64,000 bases of DNA from the NCBI RefSeq assembly GCF_009914755.1, contig NC_060928.1; one strand, 5' to 3'. The notes under the pieces are model-generated. The model was not told where the DNA came from. It saw only the letters and a list, made by a program, of their open reading frames with translations, and did not search any database. This stretch comes from the human T2T-CHM13v2.0 reference genome, Homo sapiens. The position numbers were made by a program, and so were the translations under genes. Shown piece after piece: positions 29,451 to 43,614 of this stretch (the stretch's first letter is position 1; the number at the start of each line of letters is the position of its first letter).

Positions 29451-30852
29451 ATTGTTTCAGTTAACCAACAGAAAAGGTGTTCATTGCTGTTCATTTCCTG
29501 TGTTTGTTAAACATCTAAAGCAGAAACATATAGATGGTGGAACCTTATTTTAGGTTTTAAATAAAATATAATAAGTATTTCATAAACTCAAAAATCACAC
29601 AATTCCCTATACTCTATTAAATCTAACATATATTGTTTCTCTAAAATGTGCCTGAACTTTCTTTCCTTTTACTGCCAATATTCCTTTCACTTAATCATTG
29701 CTGATAGCTTATTCAATATAATTTTGACGAAAATGATTTTCAAATAAAATGTACTAAAATAATAATTTACCATACCATCTAAAAAACTCAGACATGTCCA
29801 TTGGTCATTTGAACCGACTGCTACCATTTAGATACAGGGAAAAAGTTAAGTATAAAGCTCTTCCTCAGTTCATATTTCTGCACATACCAAATAAAATGGA
29901 AGATAGATTATATTAATGTCTATTACATATACCCTAATTAATTTTATCTTTATACATATGGTTAAAATTGTTCCCTTTATAAAATATAAAGAGAAAGATA
30001 TGGTACTTCAGTTTAGGTGATTAGTGATTTGAAGGAAAGACAAAGTTAATTAGAGTATTGAATCAATGTTACAGGTACAGATTTATTATACCAAAAATAT
30101 TCAAAATATGGACGCAAGAAATAGAGACTTTTAAAAATGCAATGTATAATAATTACTATTATATACTTAATCAAATCTAAGCTGCCCCCAATTAAGAGAT
30201 GACTCACTCTCATAGGTACCACCACAAAATAATTCTAATATTGCCAACTAAGCAATAACACAATGTCTTAGTGATGCTTTCACAAGATCCCTCACTCCAG
30301 CATATTGTTGCTTTGAAATTTCTTTCTAAAGTTTCCAGGGAGTTTTTCTATCTTTCTGCCTCCAGTTTCATTGCCTCACTGTTCTAGCCAATCCACTTAC
30401 AGTTATCTCAGTAACAAAACATACCAGAGCTTCAGCTACTTCTCAGCACCTCTCTTTGTAAGTCTTGTGAAACACATTGCTGTTTTGCAAGTAAATATGG
30501 AATTGTAGCTCTTCTTCCTTGGCAGGTATTTTCTTTACTGATACATCAAATTACATTCTGTTACTTTATTTCTGTGCCTCTACATATATTCAATAATCAT
30601 GTATTTGACTGAGAAGTCATAGCATCATTTTCTATGAAACTGTGAACAGCAATGAAATTCAAAAATAAGTGATAAAAACTGACATAAATTAACTAAAGTA
30701 AAACAGTATGAAAATATTAGGACTAATTTTCATATATGTATAGTCAATTTCAAGTTTTTCGCAACGGCTACTTGAAAAACAGTAATTGCTGTATTTTATC
30801 AATAGTACTTGTCTCAAATTTAGAAAATTAAGAACTGTTAAAATGTTTTTTT

Positions 30853-31003
30853 AAAAAAGAGGGAAGGTGAGAGAAGAAAGAGGAAAGAAAGAAAGGGAAG
30901 AAGGAAGGAAAGGAAGGAAGGAAGGAAGGAAGACAGAAAGAAAGAAAGAGAGAGAAGGAAGGAAGGAAGGGAAAGAGAAAGAGAGAGAAGGACGGAAGGG
31001 AAA

Positions 31004-31071
<68 letters not shown>

Positions 31072-31148
31072 GAGAAAGAAAGAAAGAAGGAAAGAAGGAA
31101 AGAAAGAAAGAAAAAGAGAAAGAGAGAGAGATAAAAGAAACAAAGAAA
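30853..31148 (+). repeat. ~300-bp polypurine compound STR (GGAA/GAAA/GA), including a perfect (GAAA)16 at 31007-31070
   Basis: Read directly; it explains the spurious ORFs 30838-31143 and 30867-31271. Confidence 0.97.
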
Positions 31149-31466
31149 ATTTTTAAACTGTTACAAACATCAACTTTTTTTAAAAGAAATGGCTTCCTTT
31201 CATCCTTAACTCTGCTTCATGAGTCACACCTACAACTTTCCAAGAATAGCTGGCCTGAGCTCTCTTCTTAATTAAGTGTTCAATGACACAAAGTGACTCA
31301 AACTTAACGTTTAATATCTCTGTCAAAAAGGTTCTATTTTATTGCTTATTGTTAAATATGTTAAATATATTCCATTGCCAAAAAAACTCTCTCTCTTAAA
31401 ATATGAGAAAAGATTTCTTTCCTAAATGCTTTCAGACAGTATGACAAAGCTCAATAAACACTTTAA

Positions 31467-31953
<487 letters not shown>

Positions 31954-32499
31954 TGACCCAGCATAAAATATGTTCGTAAAATATTAATAAATATTTCACA
32001 AAAAAAATAAGACTATATAGACATTCATGTCTGAAAAACATGTCTGATGTAACATGTCTGAAAAACTTTTTCCCACAAGACCCTTTTTCATGGAATACCT
32101 TTTTAAGATCTCACATATAGTTTTTCTATGGATTACAATCAAAAATGTTAAAATATAAGTTATTTCTGAAAAATGTTAGAATATGTCATTTATCATCTGT
32201 GAAACATAACTTAAAATTTGAAGAGTATTGCAAGTCAATTTTTTAATTATTATTTTCAATTGAAATATTTGAAGAGGGCATTTTAAATGCTATTTATCTT
32301 TTAAGTAATAAGTGACAAGTTTTATAAGTAACATAATTTAAAAATACATACAGAAATAAAAGTAGCAGCAAAAAACCTGAAAGATTAGGTTCTTGCTCAG
32401 AATGTTGAGGAAAGATTATCTTCTCAGCGTTTTTAGAAGATTTAGATTTTTCTCAGAATGTTGAGAAAAACCTAAAATAAATGGCACAACAGAAAAGAT

Positions 32500-33160
32500 A
32501 TAAAATACATATAGAATAAAACTATGATAGCTAACATACACTTAAAAGGAGTTCCAGAAAGAAATGGTAAGTGTAGTTTAAAAAAATAATCAAACAAATA
32601 ATAGAAGAATATTTTTTAAGAATTTTTCTAAGAATATTTTCTAAGAATATAGAAAGACTTGAATCTTTAGGGGAAAAGACATGCTGTATCAAGAAGGATA
32701 AATTAAAACAGACTGACTTTTTTACATATTGGTTTAATTTCAGTAAATCAATGACTAAGAAAATCCCTGTGTCCCTCAAAGATAGGGAAAAAATGTATTC
32801 AAAGAGAAAAAGAATCTGAGTGGCATCAGATCTGTTACCAGGAATACTAAGTGCCATAAAAACAATGAGCTAAAGTGTAAAAGAAAATTATTTTGAACTT
32901 AAACATTGATACCCAGCAAAACTATCTATTAGACATGTGAAAACTGAAGATATCACCAGACATGTAAGGACTCAAGTAATTAATTTCTAAAGGACTCTTC
33001 ATAACAGGAGAAATCCATACTAGAATATAGAATATGTGAGCTCCAAAAAATAGAGAACCTGAGCAAAGAATACAATAAAAAGAAATCCCAGGATGAAAAT
33101 TCTGATATCATCCTTAACCTAATTAGTCTAAATTAGAACTAGACTAAAACAGACTGAGAA
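32500..33160 (+). mobile_element. HAL1 / old L1 ORF1-like relic
   Basis: agaatctgagtggcatcaga...tacccagcaaaactatc...cagacatgtaaggactcaag...gaaatcccaggatga match recalled HAL1 motifs. Confidence 0.65.
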
Positions 33161-33570
33161 TTCCGTTAAAAAAAAAAAGTACAATAAAATAAATTTTATT
33201 GAATAGACTAAAGTCAGATCTTGGAAGATCTTCATACTATGGTGAAAAAGGCATAAGTTTCATTTCCCAATAGGGAAAAAGCAAGTCAAGTGGAATGCCA
33301 CTGAAAAAATACATATTATATATTTACTATCTAGTTATGGTCCAAATATAAAGCAAATAAAATATGACATGGCTTTTGAGCAGTTGATGCATTATAATAA
33401 AATGAGAACGCCATTTATATTTTATGTAAGGAATATTCTCCTTTGACAACAATTCTATAATTTTGAACTTAAGATATGTAATTTTAGCACAATAGCTGAT
33501 TCTGAACTGAGAACAAAAAATGCTTATTTATAATTATGTTAAAATTTAAATAATGTTGAATGTTTAGAAT

Positions 33571-34085
33571 TGTTGCAGCTTTTTCACTCCGTAGTTCAGC
33601 AAGCCGGGGGAGCGGTGCCCAGTGGCTTCTCTCTCACTGTTAGACAAGCGGGACAGCTCTTTTATTCCTGCTGCCTGCAGATTGGTGAGCAGGAGCGTTA
33701 TAACTCTTTCGCTCCTGCAGTTTGGCGAGTTCTGGGTTCTTGGTCTGCAACCAAGAAAAATAAGGTACGTGGATACCAGAGAGTGAGTAAGACAGGGTAG
33801 AATTTTACTGAGCAACAAAAAGAAAGCCGGCAGCTCTGAGAGGGGACCCTGAAGTTGGTAGCTGTCTATGAGGTTGAGTCCGGGCTTTATCTGAGCTTAG
33901 AATGGGGGAGTGTGTGCTGATTGGTCTATGGGTGGTCTTGGAAAAAGCACCATTGGGTTGGTTAAAAGGCATCATTCCAAAGGAACCAATCGAGTGAGAG
34001 TAGATAAGATGGGGATAAAAGTTATTACTCCAGTCAGGGACTCTATCGGGAACTGGCAGCTTGGTTTTCAGGTTTTATACAGACG
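33571..34085 (-). mobile_element. ERV1 LTR (LTR27/LTR28/MER52-like), apparently truncated on the right
   Basis: tgttgcagcttttt...gagtgagtaagacagggtagaattttactgagcaa...gtgtgtgctgattggtctatggg...ggaactggcagc. Confidence 0.65.
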
Positions 34086-34922
34086 TGTTCCACATTTGTG
34101 TCTTTTGACTAGCATTGTTTTTGAGGTTTAATCATATTATTGAATTTATTAGAATTTAATTTTTTTAACTGATGATGCATACTTCATTATATAATGCACA
34201 TCTATTCTATTGTTGATGAGCAATTCTGCTCTTCCTAGTTTCTAGCTATTAAAAATAATGCTGCTATGAAGATTCTTATACGTGAATTTACGCACTCACT
34301 TGTAAGCCTTCTTTCTGTTGAGTATATAACTAGGAGTAAAATTGCTGCTACAAGGTCAGCTTGAGTAGATAATTTCAAAAAGATTTTCAAAGTCTTAGTT
34401 TTAATTTGCATCCCCACCAGCACTGTATGACAACATTTGATTCAAACTCTTGGCAACAATTGGTGGTGTCAGTCTTTAATTGTGGCCATTCTTGGTGTGT
34501 GTGTAGTGATAATAATATTAGTGATATCTTACTTTGGTTTTAATTTACATTTCCTTGATTACTAATGACTTTGAAACACTTTCATATAATTTGTAATTTA
34601 TTGGGCACTTGCTTTTGTGTGTATATATGAATGTGTATATGTGTGAGAAATAAGAGTGTTGTGTTATCTTTCTTTACTCAATTTATTTGTACAAATTCTT
34701 TGTGTAATCTTGAATACATACTTTGTTTTATATATGTTGTCAATATCTTTGATTTTTGTAGTTTGCATACTCACTTAATGGGGTTGTTGGAAGAACAGGT
34801 TTTAATTTAATGTACTCTAACAATATATTTGATTATCATTTACTTTTTTTTTTTTTTTTTCCTGTATAGTATAGGAAAATTTTACCTACTCAAAAGTCAT
34901 TGTATTCCCATAACTTCTAAAA

Positions 34923-35146
34923 CAGTGGTTCTCAACCAGGGACGATTTCACATACACACTTAAATATACACATATTCAGCTGTGCTGGAAATGTGTTTGA
35001 CTGTCACAAGTGGGGATTCATGTTAGAGACATCTAATGAGTACAGTTCAGGAATGACACTGAATAGCTTACAATGCAAAGGGCAACTCCCTCTCTAAAGA
35101 ATTATTCCATGTAAAATGTAAATAATATTGCTGTTGAGCAATCCTA
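34923..35146 (+). mobile_element. MER20 (hAT-Charlie)
   Basis: cagtggttctcaaccagggacgattt ... aaagaattattcc...gttgagcaatccta; 8-bp TSD ttctaaaa/ttctaatt. Confidence 0.85.
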
Positions 35147-35152
35147 TTCTAA

Positions 35153-35451
<299 letters not shown>

Positions 35452-35714
35452 ACCAAATTTTATGTTGTGCTTAGATTTTTTTCTTTCCCTATGTATATAT
35501 TCAATCATTTTTTGAGATCATTCTTTTTCCAGTTTTCTGAAGTTTGTCTTAAATCAAATGTCTGTATCTGAGAGGAGCTATCTCTGGACTCTTTTTTTTC
35601 CATGTCTTTATTTTTTCAAGCCTGTACCAAGACACTCTGTCCTAATTACTGTGGCTTTAAAAAAAGACTTGCTATGCAGTAGTATAAATCTCCCAACTTT
35701 ATTTACAGAGAGTT

Positions 35715-35876
35715 CTATTTGAATTTCATATAATTTTCATGTTTCACAGAATATTGTTGTCCTTTTTACTTTTTTTAACCTCTTAAAATATAAAAACCTG
35801 TTTTAATTTATGGGTCATACAAAAACAGGTGAGTGGTCCAGATTCGACCCATGGGCCATAGTTTGGCAAACCCAGC
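35715..35876 (+). mobile_element. MER58B right-half fragment
   Basis: tttgaatttcatataattttcatg...tacaaaaacaggtgagtggtccagattcgacccatgggccatagtttggcaaaccc; parallels 9580-9731. Confidence 0.8.
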
Positions 35877-36056
35877 TCTATATCCTTTCCTGTTTTTGTC
35901 TGCCTGATTATTCTAAGGTAATGGACAAACTCATTTAAATATGTTATGATTTTTGATATATCCATTTCTCTTTTCATTTTGTGAAATTTTGCTTCATAAA
36001 ATTTAAGACTATCTTATTTAGATATATTAAAAACAAAAAAAACAAAAAAAACTTTA

Positions 36057-36212
36057 GGCCCAATGTGGTGGCTTATGCCTGTAATCCCAGCACTTTTGGA
36101 GCCCGAGGCAAGAGGATCCCTTGAGCTTGGGAGTTTGAGGCTTCCTTGAGAGATGATTGCACCATACCCCCTGCACCCTGGGCAACAGAGAGAGAACCTG
36201 TCTCTAAAAAAA
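36057..36212 (+). mobile_element. Free Alu monomer (FRAM/FAM-like)
   Basis: Single ~155-bp monomer ggcccaatgtggtggc...ctgggcaacagagagagaacctgtctctaaaaaaa. Confidence 0.8.
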
Positions 36213-37539
36213 CATTTTTTGAAAAATTAGACTTAAGTCTTTCTCCTGGGTTGATTCTTTTACAATTAGAAGTGATTTCTGTTCATCTTTACTAATCCTG
36301 CTTGCCTTATGTTGTTCTGGTTTGATATTGATATATAGCTAAAGCTCCTTTTAGTTAATATTTACATGCTGGATTTTTTGTATCCTTTTACTTTTAATCT
36401 TTCTGTATTTCTATTTTTATATTATTTTCTAAGCAGCATATGGTTGGACTTCATTTGTAAAGTACATTTTGACAATAATTTAATTTTAATGTTTATTACC
36501 ACTATATTGCAACTGGAGTATTTACTGGTTTTACATTTAATGGAAATAATGATATATTCACGTATGGGTTTGAAATTACCACCTTATTTTTTTTTTTGTG
36601 TATTTGTACCACCCAGTCTATGTTTATTTTCCTTCCTTTAATTCCTTCTTTTGTGTTATTAAAGTATTTTACCATTTGATATTTTTCTTCTTTTAGCTTG
36701 TTAGTGTTATTTTACTCTTCTTTGAGTAGTTACCCTAGAAATTTTAACAAAAATTTTAGAGAAATCTAACATAAATTAGTACAGTTATTACTTTCCAAAC
36801 AGTGCAAGTTCATGAGAACCCTTAACTCAGTTTACTCCTTCAGCTTTTTAAATATAGTTTAATTCTACATAGAATTTACACACCACAGGCATGGTTAATT
36901 TTCTGTAGTACAGTTTGTATTATTTAAAACATACTCACTGTGCTTTTCTTTGCTTTTTATTACCTTCTGAATGTCTCTGCTTTCTCTTCAGTTTATTATG
37001 CTTTTGTCTGAAATACGCACTTTGGCAATTTTTAAGGGGAGATCTGCTGACAGTTATTGTTTCAATTTTTTTTTTAAATTTTCACTTCAGAAAGTAGATT
37101 ATCACTTGAGCGATTGTTGTCTATTTCTTTAAATAAGTCTACTTTGTTTTGTTTACATTCTTCAAACATTCTGCTGAATTAGTACTTTTTAGTTTCATTG
37201 TTGCTCTATTAAGGGTAATGTGTCTTTTCTTAATGTGGCTGCTTGAAGATAGTTTCTGTGTCTTGGAATTTTTGCAGTTATATTCTAATATACCTAGGCA
37301 TACTTTCTTTGTATTATTGAACTTCAGATTTGTTATGTTTTTCAATCTGTGGCTTACTGTCTTTCCTCACTCTCAGAATATTCAGAGCAGTTTCTCATCC
37401 CATACTGACAGCAACCCATATATACCCATATATTTGCCCCTGTCTTTATGGGTTTCCAAATAATTAGTGTCATTACTTTGTGTGTCTCATAGTCAATGTC
37501 TTTCATTTTGTTTTGTATTTTCTTCTCTGTCTCTCTCTC

Positions 37540-37843
37540 TTTTTTTTTTTTTTTTGAGACAGAGTCTTACTCTGTCCCCCAGGCTGGAGTGCAGTGACAT
37601 GATCTCAGATCACTGCAGCCATGAATTCCTGGGCTCAAGTGACCCTCCCACTTGGCCTCCTGAGTAGCTGGGACTACAGACGTGCACCAACATGCTGAGC
37701 TAATTTTTTACAATTTTATTTTTAGTAGAGATGAGGTTTCACTATTTTGCCCAGGCTGGTCTCAAACAACTGAGCTCAAGAGATCCTCCTGCCTCAGCCT
37801 CCTAAAGTGCTGGGATTACAGATGTGAGCCACTGCACTTGGCC
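37540..37843 (-). mobile_element. AluJ
   Basis: J diagnostics (tcctgggctcaagtgaccctccc; ttgcccaggctggtctc) and a poly-T tail. Confidence 0.93.
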
Positions 37844-38303
37844 TGTTTCGTATTTTCCATCCATGCCTCTATCTGTAGATTTTCCATCCACACACTTTTT
37901 AGTGCTGTAATCCTCTATTCTAACACTTCTCATCTGTTATTAAGTCTTTTCTTCAATTTTCAATTACAGGTACTATTTTTTTTTAGTTTTTGAACTATTG
38001 TTTCCTTTTTTTAGACTTCTGTCATGAAATATTATATCTTGACATTTATTTTTCAGTATTAATCACAGTTATTTTAAAATAAGTGCCTGATAACTCCAAC
38101 ATTGGAAGTACCTACAAGTCTACAGTTATTTCTTTTGTGTTTTATAAATTTAGTCCCATCTCCTAGAATTCCTCAAAGTTATATTTTTGGCTGGACATTG
38201 TCTATTAAAAAGTTATATAACTAATTTGAAACTCTGCTGAATTCCTGTATGCTTATGAATTGGATAATGACTTGAGGAAGAAGTTGGTGCACAAAACTGA
38301 AAT

Positions 38304-40605
38304 TTCTTTTTTTTTTTTTAAGTGCCAGGGTACATATGCAGGATGTGCAGCTTTGTTACATAGGTAAATGTGTGCCATAATGATTTGCTGCAACTACCAT
38401 ACCATCACCTATGTATTAAGCCCAGCATGTATTAGGTATTTTTCCTGATGCTTTCCCTTCCCCAGCCCTCTCCCTGTGTGTGTTGTTCCACTCCCTCTGA
38501 CTATGCGTTTACATTGTTCACATTGTTCAACTCCTACTTTTAAGTGAGAACATGCAGTGTTTGGTTTTCTGTTATTGTGTTCGTTTGCTGAGCATAATGG
38601 CCTCCAGCTCCCTCCATGTTGTTACATTTTATGGCTGTGTAGTATTTTATTTTATGGTGTATATGTACCACATTTTCTTTATCCAGTCTATCATTGATGG
38701 GCATTTGGGTTGATTCCATGTCTTTGGTATTGTGAATAGTGCTGTGTCGAACATACATGTGCATGTATCTTTATTATAGAAAGATTTATATTCCTTTGAA
38801 AATATACCCCGTAATGGGATTGCTGGGTCAAATGGTATTTCTGGTTCTAGGTCTTTGAGGAATTGCCACACTATTTTCCACATTGGTTGAACTAATCTAC
38901 ATTCCCACCAACAATGTAAAAGTGTTCCTATTTCTCCACAGTCTCTCCAGCATCTGTTGTTCCTTGACTTTTTAATAATTTCCATTGTGACTGGCATGAG
39001 ATGGTATATCATTGGGTTTTGATTTGTATTTCTCTACTATCAGTGATTTTGAGCTTTTTCTCATATGTTTGTTGGCCACATAAATGTCTTCTTTTGAGAA
39101 TTGTCTGTTCATGTCCTTTGCCCACTTTTTGATGAGGTTGCTTGTTTTTTTTTTTCTTGTAAATTTGTTTAAGTTCCTTGTAGATATCGGATATTAGACC
39201 TTTGTCAGAGGGAGAGATTGCAAAAATTTTCTCCATTCTGTAGGTTGTCTGTTCACGTGGATGATAGTTTCTTTTGCTGTGCAGAAGCTCTTTGGTTTAA
39301 TTAGATGCCGTTTATCAATTTTTGCTTTTGTTACAATTGCTTTTGATGTTTTCATCCTGAAATCTTTGCCTATACCTATGTCCTGAATGATATTCCCTAG
39401 ACTGTCTTCCAGGGGTTTTCTAGTTTTGGGTTTTACATTTAAGTCTTTAATTCGTTCTGAGTTAATTTTTGTATAAAGTGTAAGGAAAGGGTCCAGTTTC
39501 AGTTTTCTGCATATGGCTGGCCAGTTATCCCGGCACCATTTATTAATAGAGAATCTTTTCCCCATTTCTTGTTTTTGACAGGTTCTTTGCAGATCAGTTG
39601 GTTGTAGATGTACAGTCTTATTTCTGAGTTATTTATTCTGTTCCCTTGGTCTATGTGCCTGTTTTTGTATCAGTACCATGCTCTTTTGGTTACTGTAGCT
39701 TTGTAGTATAGCTTGAAGTTGGGTAGCATGACACTTTCAGCTTTGTTCTTTTTGCTTAGGATTGTCTTGGCTATGCAGGCTCTTTTTTGGTTCCATATGA
39801 AATTTAAAATAGTTTTTTTTTCTAATTCTGTGAAGAATGTCAGTGGTAGTTTAATGGGAATAGCATCGAATCTATACATTACTTTGGGCAGTATGGCCAT
39901 TTTCACAACATTGATTCTACCTATCCATGAGCATGGAATTTTTTTTTCTCTGTTTTTTTCCTCTCTGATTTCCTTGAGCAGGGGTTTGTAGTTCTCCTTG
40001 AAGAGGTCCTTCACTCCCCTTGTTAGCTGTATTCCTAGATATTTTGTTCTTTTTGTAGCAATTGTGAATAGAAGTTCATTCATGGTTTGGCTCTCTGATT
40101 GTCTGTTGTTGGTGTATAGGAATGCTTGTAATTCTTGCACATTGATTTTGTATCTTGAGACTTTGCTGAAGTTGCTTATCAGCTTAAGAAGCTTTTGGGC
40201 TGAGATAATGGGGTTTCCTAGATAAAGGATCATACCATCTGCAAACAAAGACAATTTGACTTCCTCTCCTGTTTGAATATGCTTTATTTCTTTCTCTTGC
40301 CTGATTGCCCTGGCCAGAACTCCCAATATTATGTTGAATAAGGATGGTGAGCGAGGGCATCCTTCTCTTGTGCCAGTTTTCAAGGGAAAAACTTCCAGCT
40401 TTTGCCCATTCAGTATGATATTGGCTGTGGGTTTGTCATAAATGCCTCTTGTTACTTTTAGGTATGCTCCTTAAATACCTAGTTTATTGAGAGTTTTTAA
40501 CATGAAGGATGTTGAATTTTAGCAAAGGCCTTTTCTGTATCTATTGAGATAATCATATGGTTTTTGTCTTTAGTTCTGTTTATGTGATGAATCACATTTA
40601 TTGAT
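38304..40605 (-). mobile_element. 5'-truncated L1PA (approx. L1PA8-11), 2.3 kb, RT to 3'UTR, frameshifted
   Basis: ORF2 pieces [15 protein letters not shown]...[11 protein letters not shown] (RT) and [18 protein letters not shown] (zinc knuckle); poly-T at ~38304-38319. Confidence 0.96.
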
Positions 40606-42034
40606 CATGGCCTTTCATGTTTTAACTGCTGTAGTAGCCATGAAGATTTAATTTCGTCTCATTCCTGTGAGGTTGCTGAAGATTCACTTAAGTTTCTCAA
40701 TCACTTATCTTCTATTTCCTGCTTAATTTTTCCACCACCCAATTCCTTACCACTTTTAGTTGACAAGCCTCCAGAAGGAAATTGCCACAGAAGTTTAACC
40801 TGACCTCAATACGTTTCTTTACTCTTGGGACTCCTCAAGTCCTGACTGACTTGCTTGAATTCTTTATGCTTTATAACATATGCTCATAGTTTACTTTTTT
40901 GTGTTTTTCTACTTGTGCCTTGAAGGTAAAATGACCTATTACCTGTTTCTAGGGAATAAGCCAGTGGTTTTGCCTCATAGGTCTGTAGAACATTTACTAC
41001 ACCGTTCAACCAACATATTGAACAGATTTTACAATCTCATTTTCTTTCCATAGTATAAGAGAAAACTCCTTTAAAAGAAAGATAATTTATGGGTCAGTGT
41101 TTAAAACCTATTCTATAAACTTACCTTTATAATTCTCATAAAATCTCATAAATAGAAAAAAATAAATTTCTATCATTCCTGAGACCAGAGTTTAAAAACT
41201 GAACTTCAAAAGAATGTAGAGAATATACCAATAAGCTAACACTAATAGTACTAGAAGAAGAAAGTCTTTTAGTGACAAAAACATGCTCTATTGTCTCCAG
41301 AGGCAGGTTTTCTAGAAAGCAAGCTAGTGATTTATAAATATCTGCTGGATTCTTTTGACATCAATATTGATTATTAGTGAACATAGAGCAATTTGGATAT
41401 CACATTTGTTCTCTAGTACCAGATAGATGTATTTTTATACAAGTATGAATAAACAAAAATTATTATTTGAGGATCATGTATTAAAGTTTGATATTATTGT
41501 TGTTCCCTCTAGGTATATAAATATATCTATTATAGGATAGAAAAATAACCTAAAATAATATTTACCTATTTCCCTGTCATAGAATATATTTATGATGAAA
41601 AAATATCAGCCTATAGTTGAATCTATATTTTTCAGAGATAGTAAAGAGATGCAGCCCTTTGCAATATTACATCAGTGTGTAGGAACATAAAACTTAAGAA
41701 ACACCAACACTATAAAAAAATGAAGTGATTAAAAACAATATTAAAATATAAGGAAGGTGTTTAATACACATCAAGCCAAAAAATAATGGTGTTCTCAAAA
41801 CTAAAACAGAGTAAACACTATAGATTAACAAACAAAAAATTATTGTGAAAGTTTTTTGGTCAATATTTTGATTTACTTCTTTTAAATAAGAAATTAATTT
41901 AAAAGATTCCTGTATAAATATGATAATTACATATATAATTTTGTATGCATCAGTTTAAAAATAAACATAGCTTTGTTGTTAACTTCCTCCTCTATAAGAT
42001 ATATTACAATCTATTATTTTATATTATCTTATAA

Positions 42035-42834
42035 TGATGTGTTACTTAATGAAGGGAATATGTTCTAAGAAATGTGTTGTTATTTTATTGCGGCACTATT
42101 CACAATAGCAAAGACTTGGAACCAACCCAAATGTCCAATAATGATAGACTGGATTAAGAAAATGTGGTACATACATACTATGGAGTACTATGCAGCCATA
42201 AAAAAGGATGAGTTCATGTCCTTTGTAGGGACATGGATGAAGCTGGAAACCATCATTCTCAGCAAACTATCGCAAGAACAAAAAAACAAACAATGCATGT
42301 ACTCACTCATAGGTGGGAATTGAACAATGAGAACACTTGGACACACGAAGGGGAACATCACACACTGGGGCCTGTTGTGGGATGGGGGACTGGGGGAGGG
42401 AAAGCATTAGGAGATATACCTAATGTAAATGACGAGTTAATGGGTGCAGCACACCAACATGGCACATGTATACATATGTAACAAACCTGCACGTTGTGCA
42501 CATGTACCCTAGAACTTAAAGTATAATTTGAAAAAAAAAAGGAAATGTGTTGTTATGTGATTTCATCATTGTGTGATCACCATAGAGTACATGTATACAA
42601 ACCTAGATGGTATAGCCTATTGCTTCCAGGCTACAAACCTATACAGCATGTTACTGTACTGAATACTGTAGGCAATTATAACACAGTAGTAAATATTTTT
42701 ATATCTAAACATAGAAAAGGTTAATACATTACAACAGCTAGGCAATAGGAATTTTTCAGCTTCATTATAATCTTATGGGACCACCATCTTATATGTGTTC
42801 AAGGTTCACAGAAATGTTATGCAGTACACAACTG
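42035..42834 (-). mobile_element. Tigger3a/MER7A DNA transposon split by an L1PA
   Basis: acaaacctagatggtatagccta...ggctacaaacctatacagcatgttactgtactgaatactgtaggcaatt...cattataatcttatgggaccacc...actgta. Confidence 0.85.
42083..42540 (+). mobile_element. Short 5'-truncated L1PA4/5 with a perfect 14-bp TSD
   Basis: [18 protein letters not shown]...IGGN*; A-tail; TSD gaaatgtgttgtta at 42069-42082 and 42542-42555. Confidence 0.96.
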
Positions 42835-42849
42835 TATGTTATATTAATA

Positions 42850-43335
42850 CTATATTTTGTTTTGCCTGCCTGCCATAATTTCTGTCTCTTCCTTAGGAAT
42901 CAAGCCCCATTTGCCTTGCCAAAGTGGTGACATGTAATCGAGGCTGGGCAAATGAATGTTACTCACATTTTCATACACAGTAATAGACTTGTGGAGCATT
43001 CCTGACCCAAGCTGAACCACTGCTTTTCACTTTCTACAATTTGATTTATGAATGGAGACTCAGGATTGAAATGCTCTTTATTTCACAGTGCACCAGAAAG
43101 CGAAGATTTAAAAACCCCTGTTGCAGAGGTCTCCAAAGCTGTATTGATATCTGTCTTTTGCAATGTTTCTTTAGATAATGTCTTTAAATAGTTTTTTGAG
43201 CTACTCCAGTACATTGCTCATAAACCTTATACAATTATTTATATATCTGTTGAATGTATTATATTTTAAACTAATTTAAGTTACTCCAAATTTGTATTTG
43301 ATTAAGTTTAATTATGTTGCTTAAAACCAAGTGGG
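42850..43335 (+). mobile_element. Old ERVL LTR relic (LTR16/LTR33-like)
   Basis: catgtaatcgaggctgggcaaatga...tgacccaagctgaacca; end ttgcttaaaaccaag. Confidence 0.4.
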
Positions 43336-43419
43336 ACTTACCTACTTCAAGAATGAATTGCAGGCAAAATCCTTTTAACTAATTCCTCTTATTTCACTCC
43401 ATAGTTTATTCTACACACA

Positions 43420-43583
43420 ATAGCTAGTTTTATCCAATTAAAATATGTTTGATCCTATTAAAGCTATTTTCTGAATCCTGTTTAGTTTCTTCTATCACTT
43501 AGCATAAAAGACTGTATAAAGGCTTACAGGTCCTATGCAATATGTACCTTTGTTACATCTCTGACCTTATCTCTTGTTATCCT

Positions 43584-43614
<31 letters not shown>

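Noticed and set aside
30838-31271. K/E/R-rich and F/L/S-rich ORFs
   Set aside because: Translations of the GAAA/GGAA microsatellite.
32394-32650. Short direct duplications (ctcagaatgttgag x2; ttttctaagaatat x2), similar to those at 38511-38530, 53141-53165 and 61788-61826
   Set aside because: Typical slippage micro-duplications with no wider pattern.
38647-40383. Reverse-transcriptase-like ORFs (237 aa and others) as a novel RT system
   Set aside because: Ordinary frameshifted L1 ORF2 from a truncated copy; the catalytic FADD is mutated to FADG.
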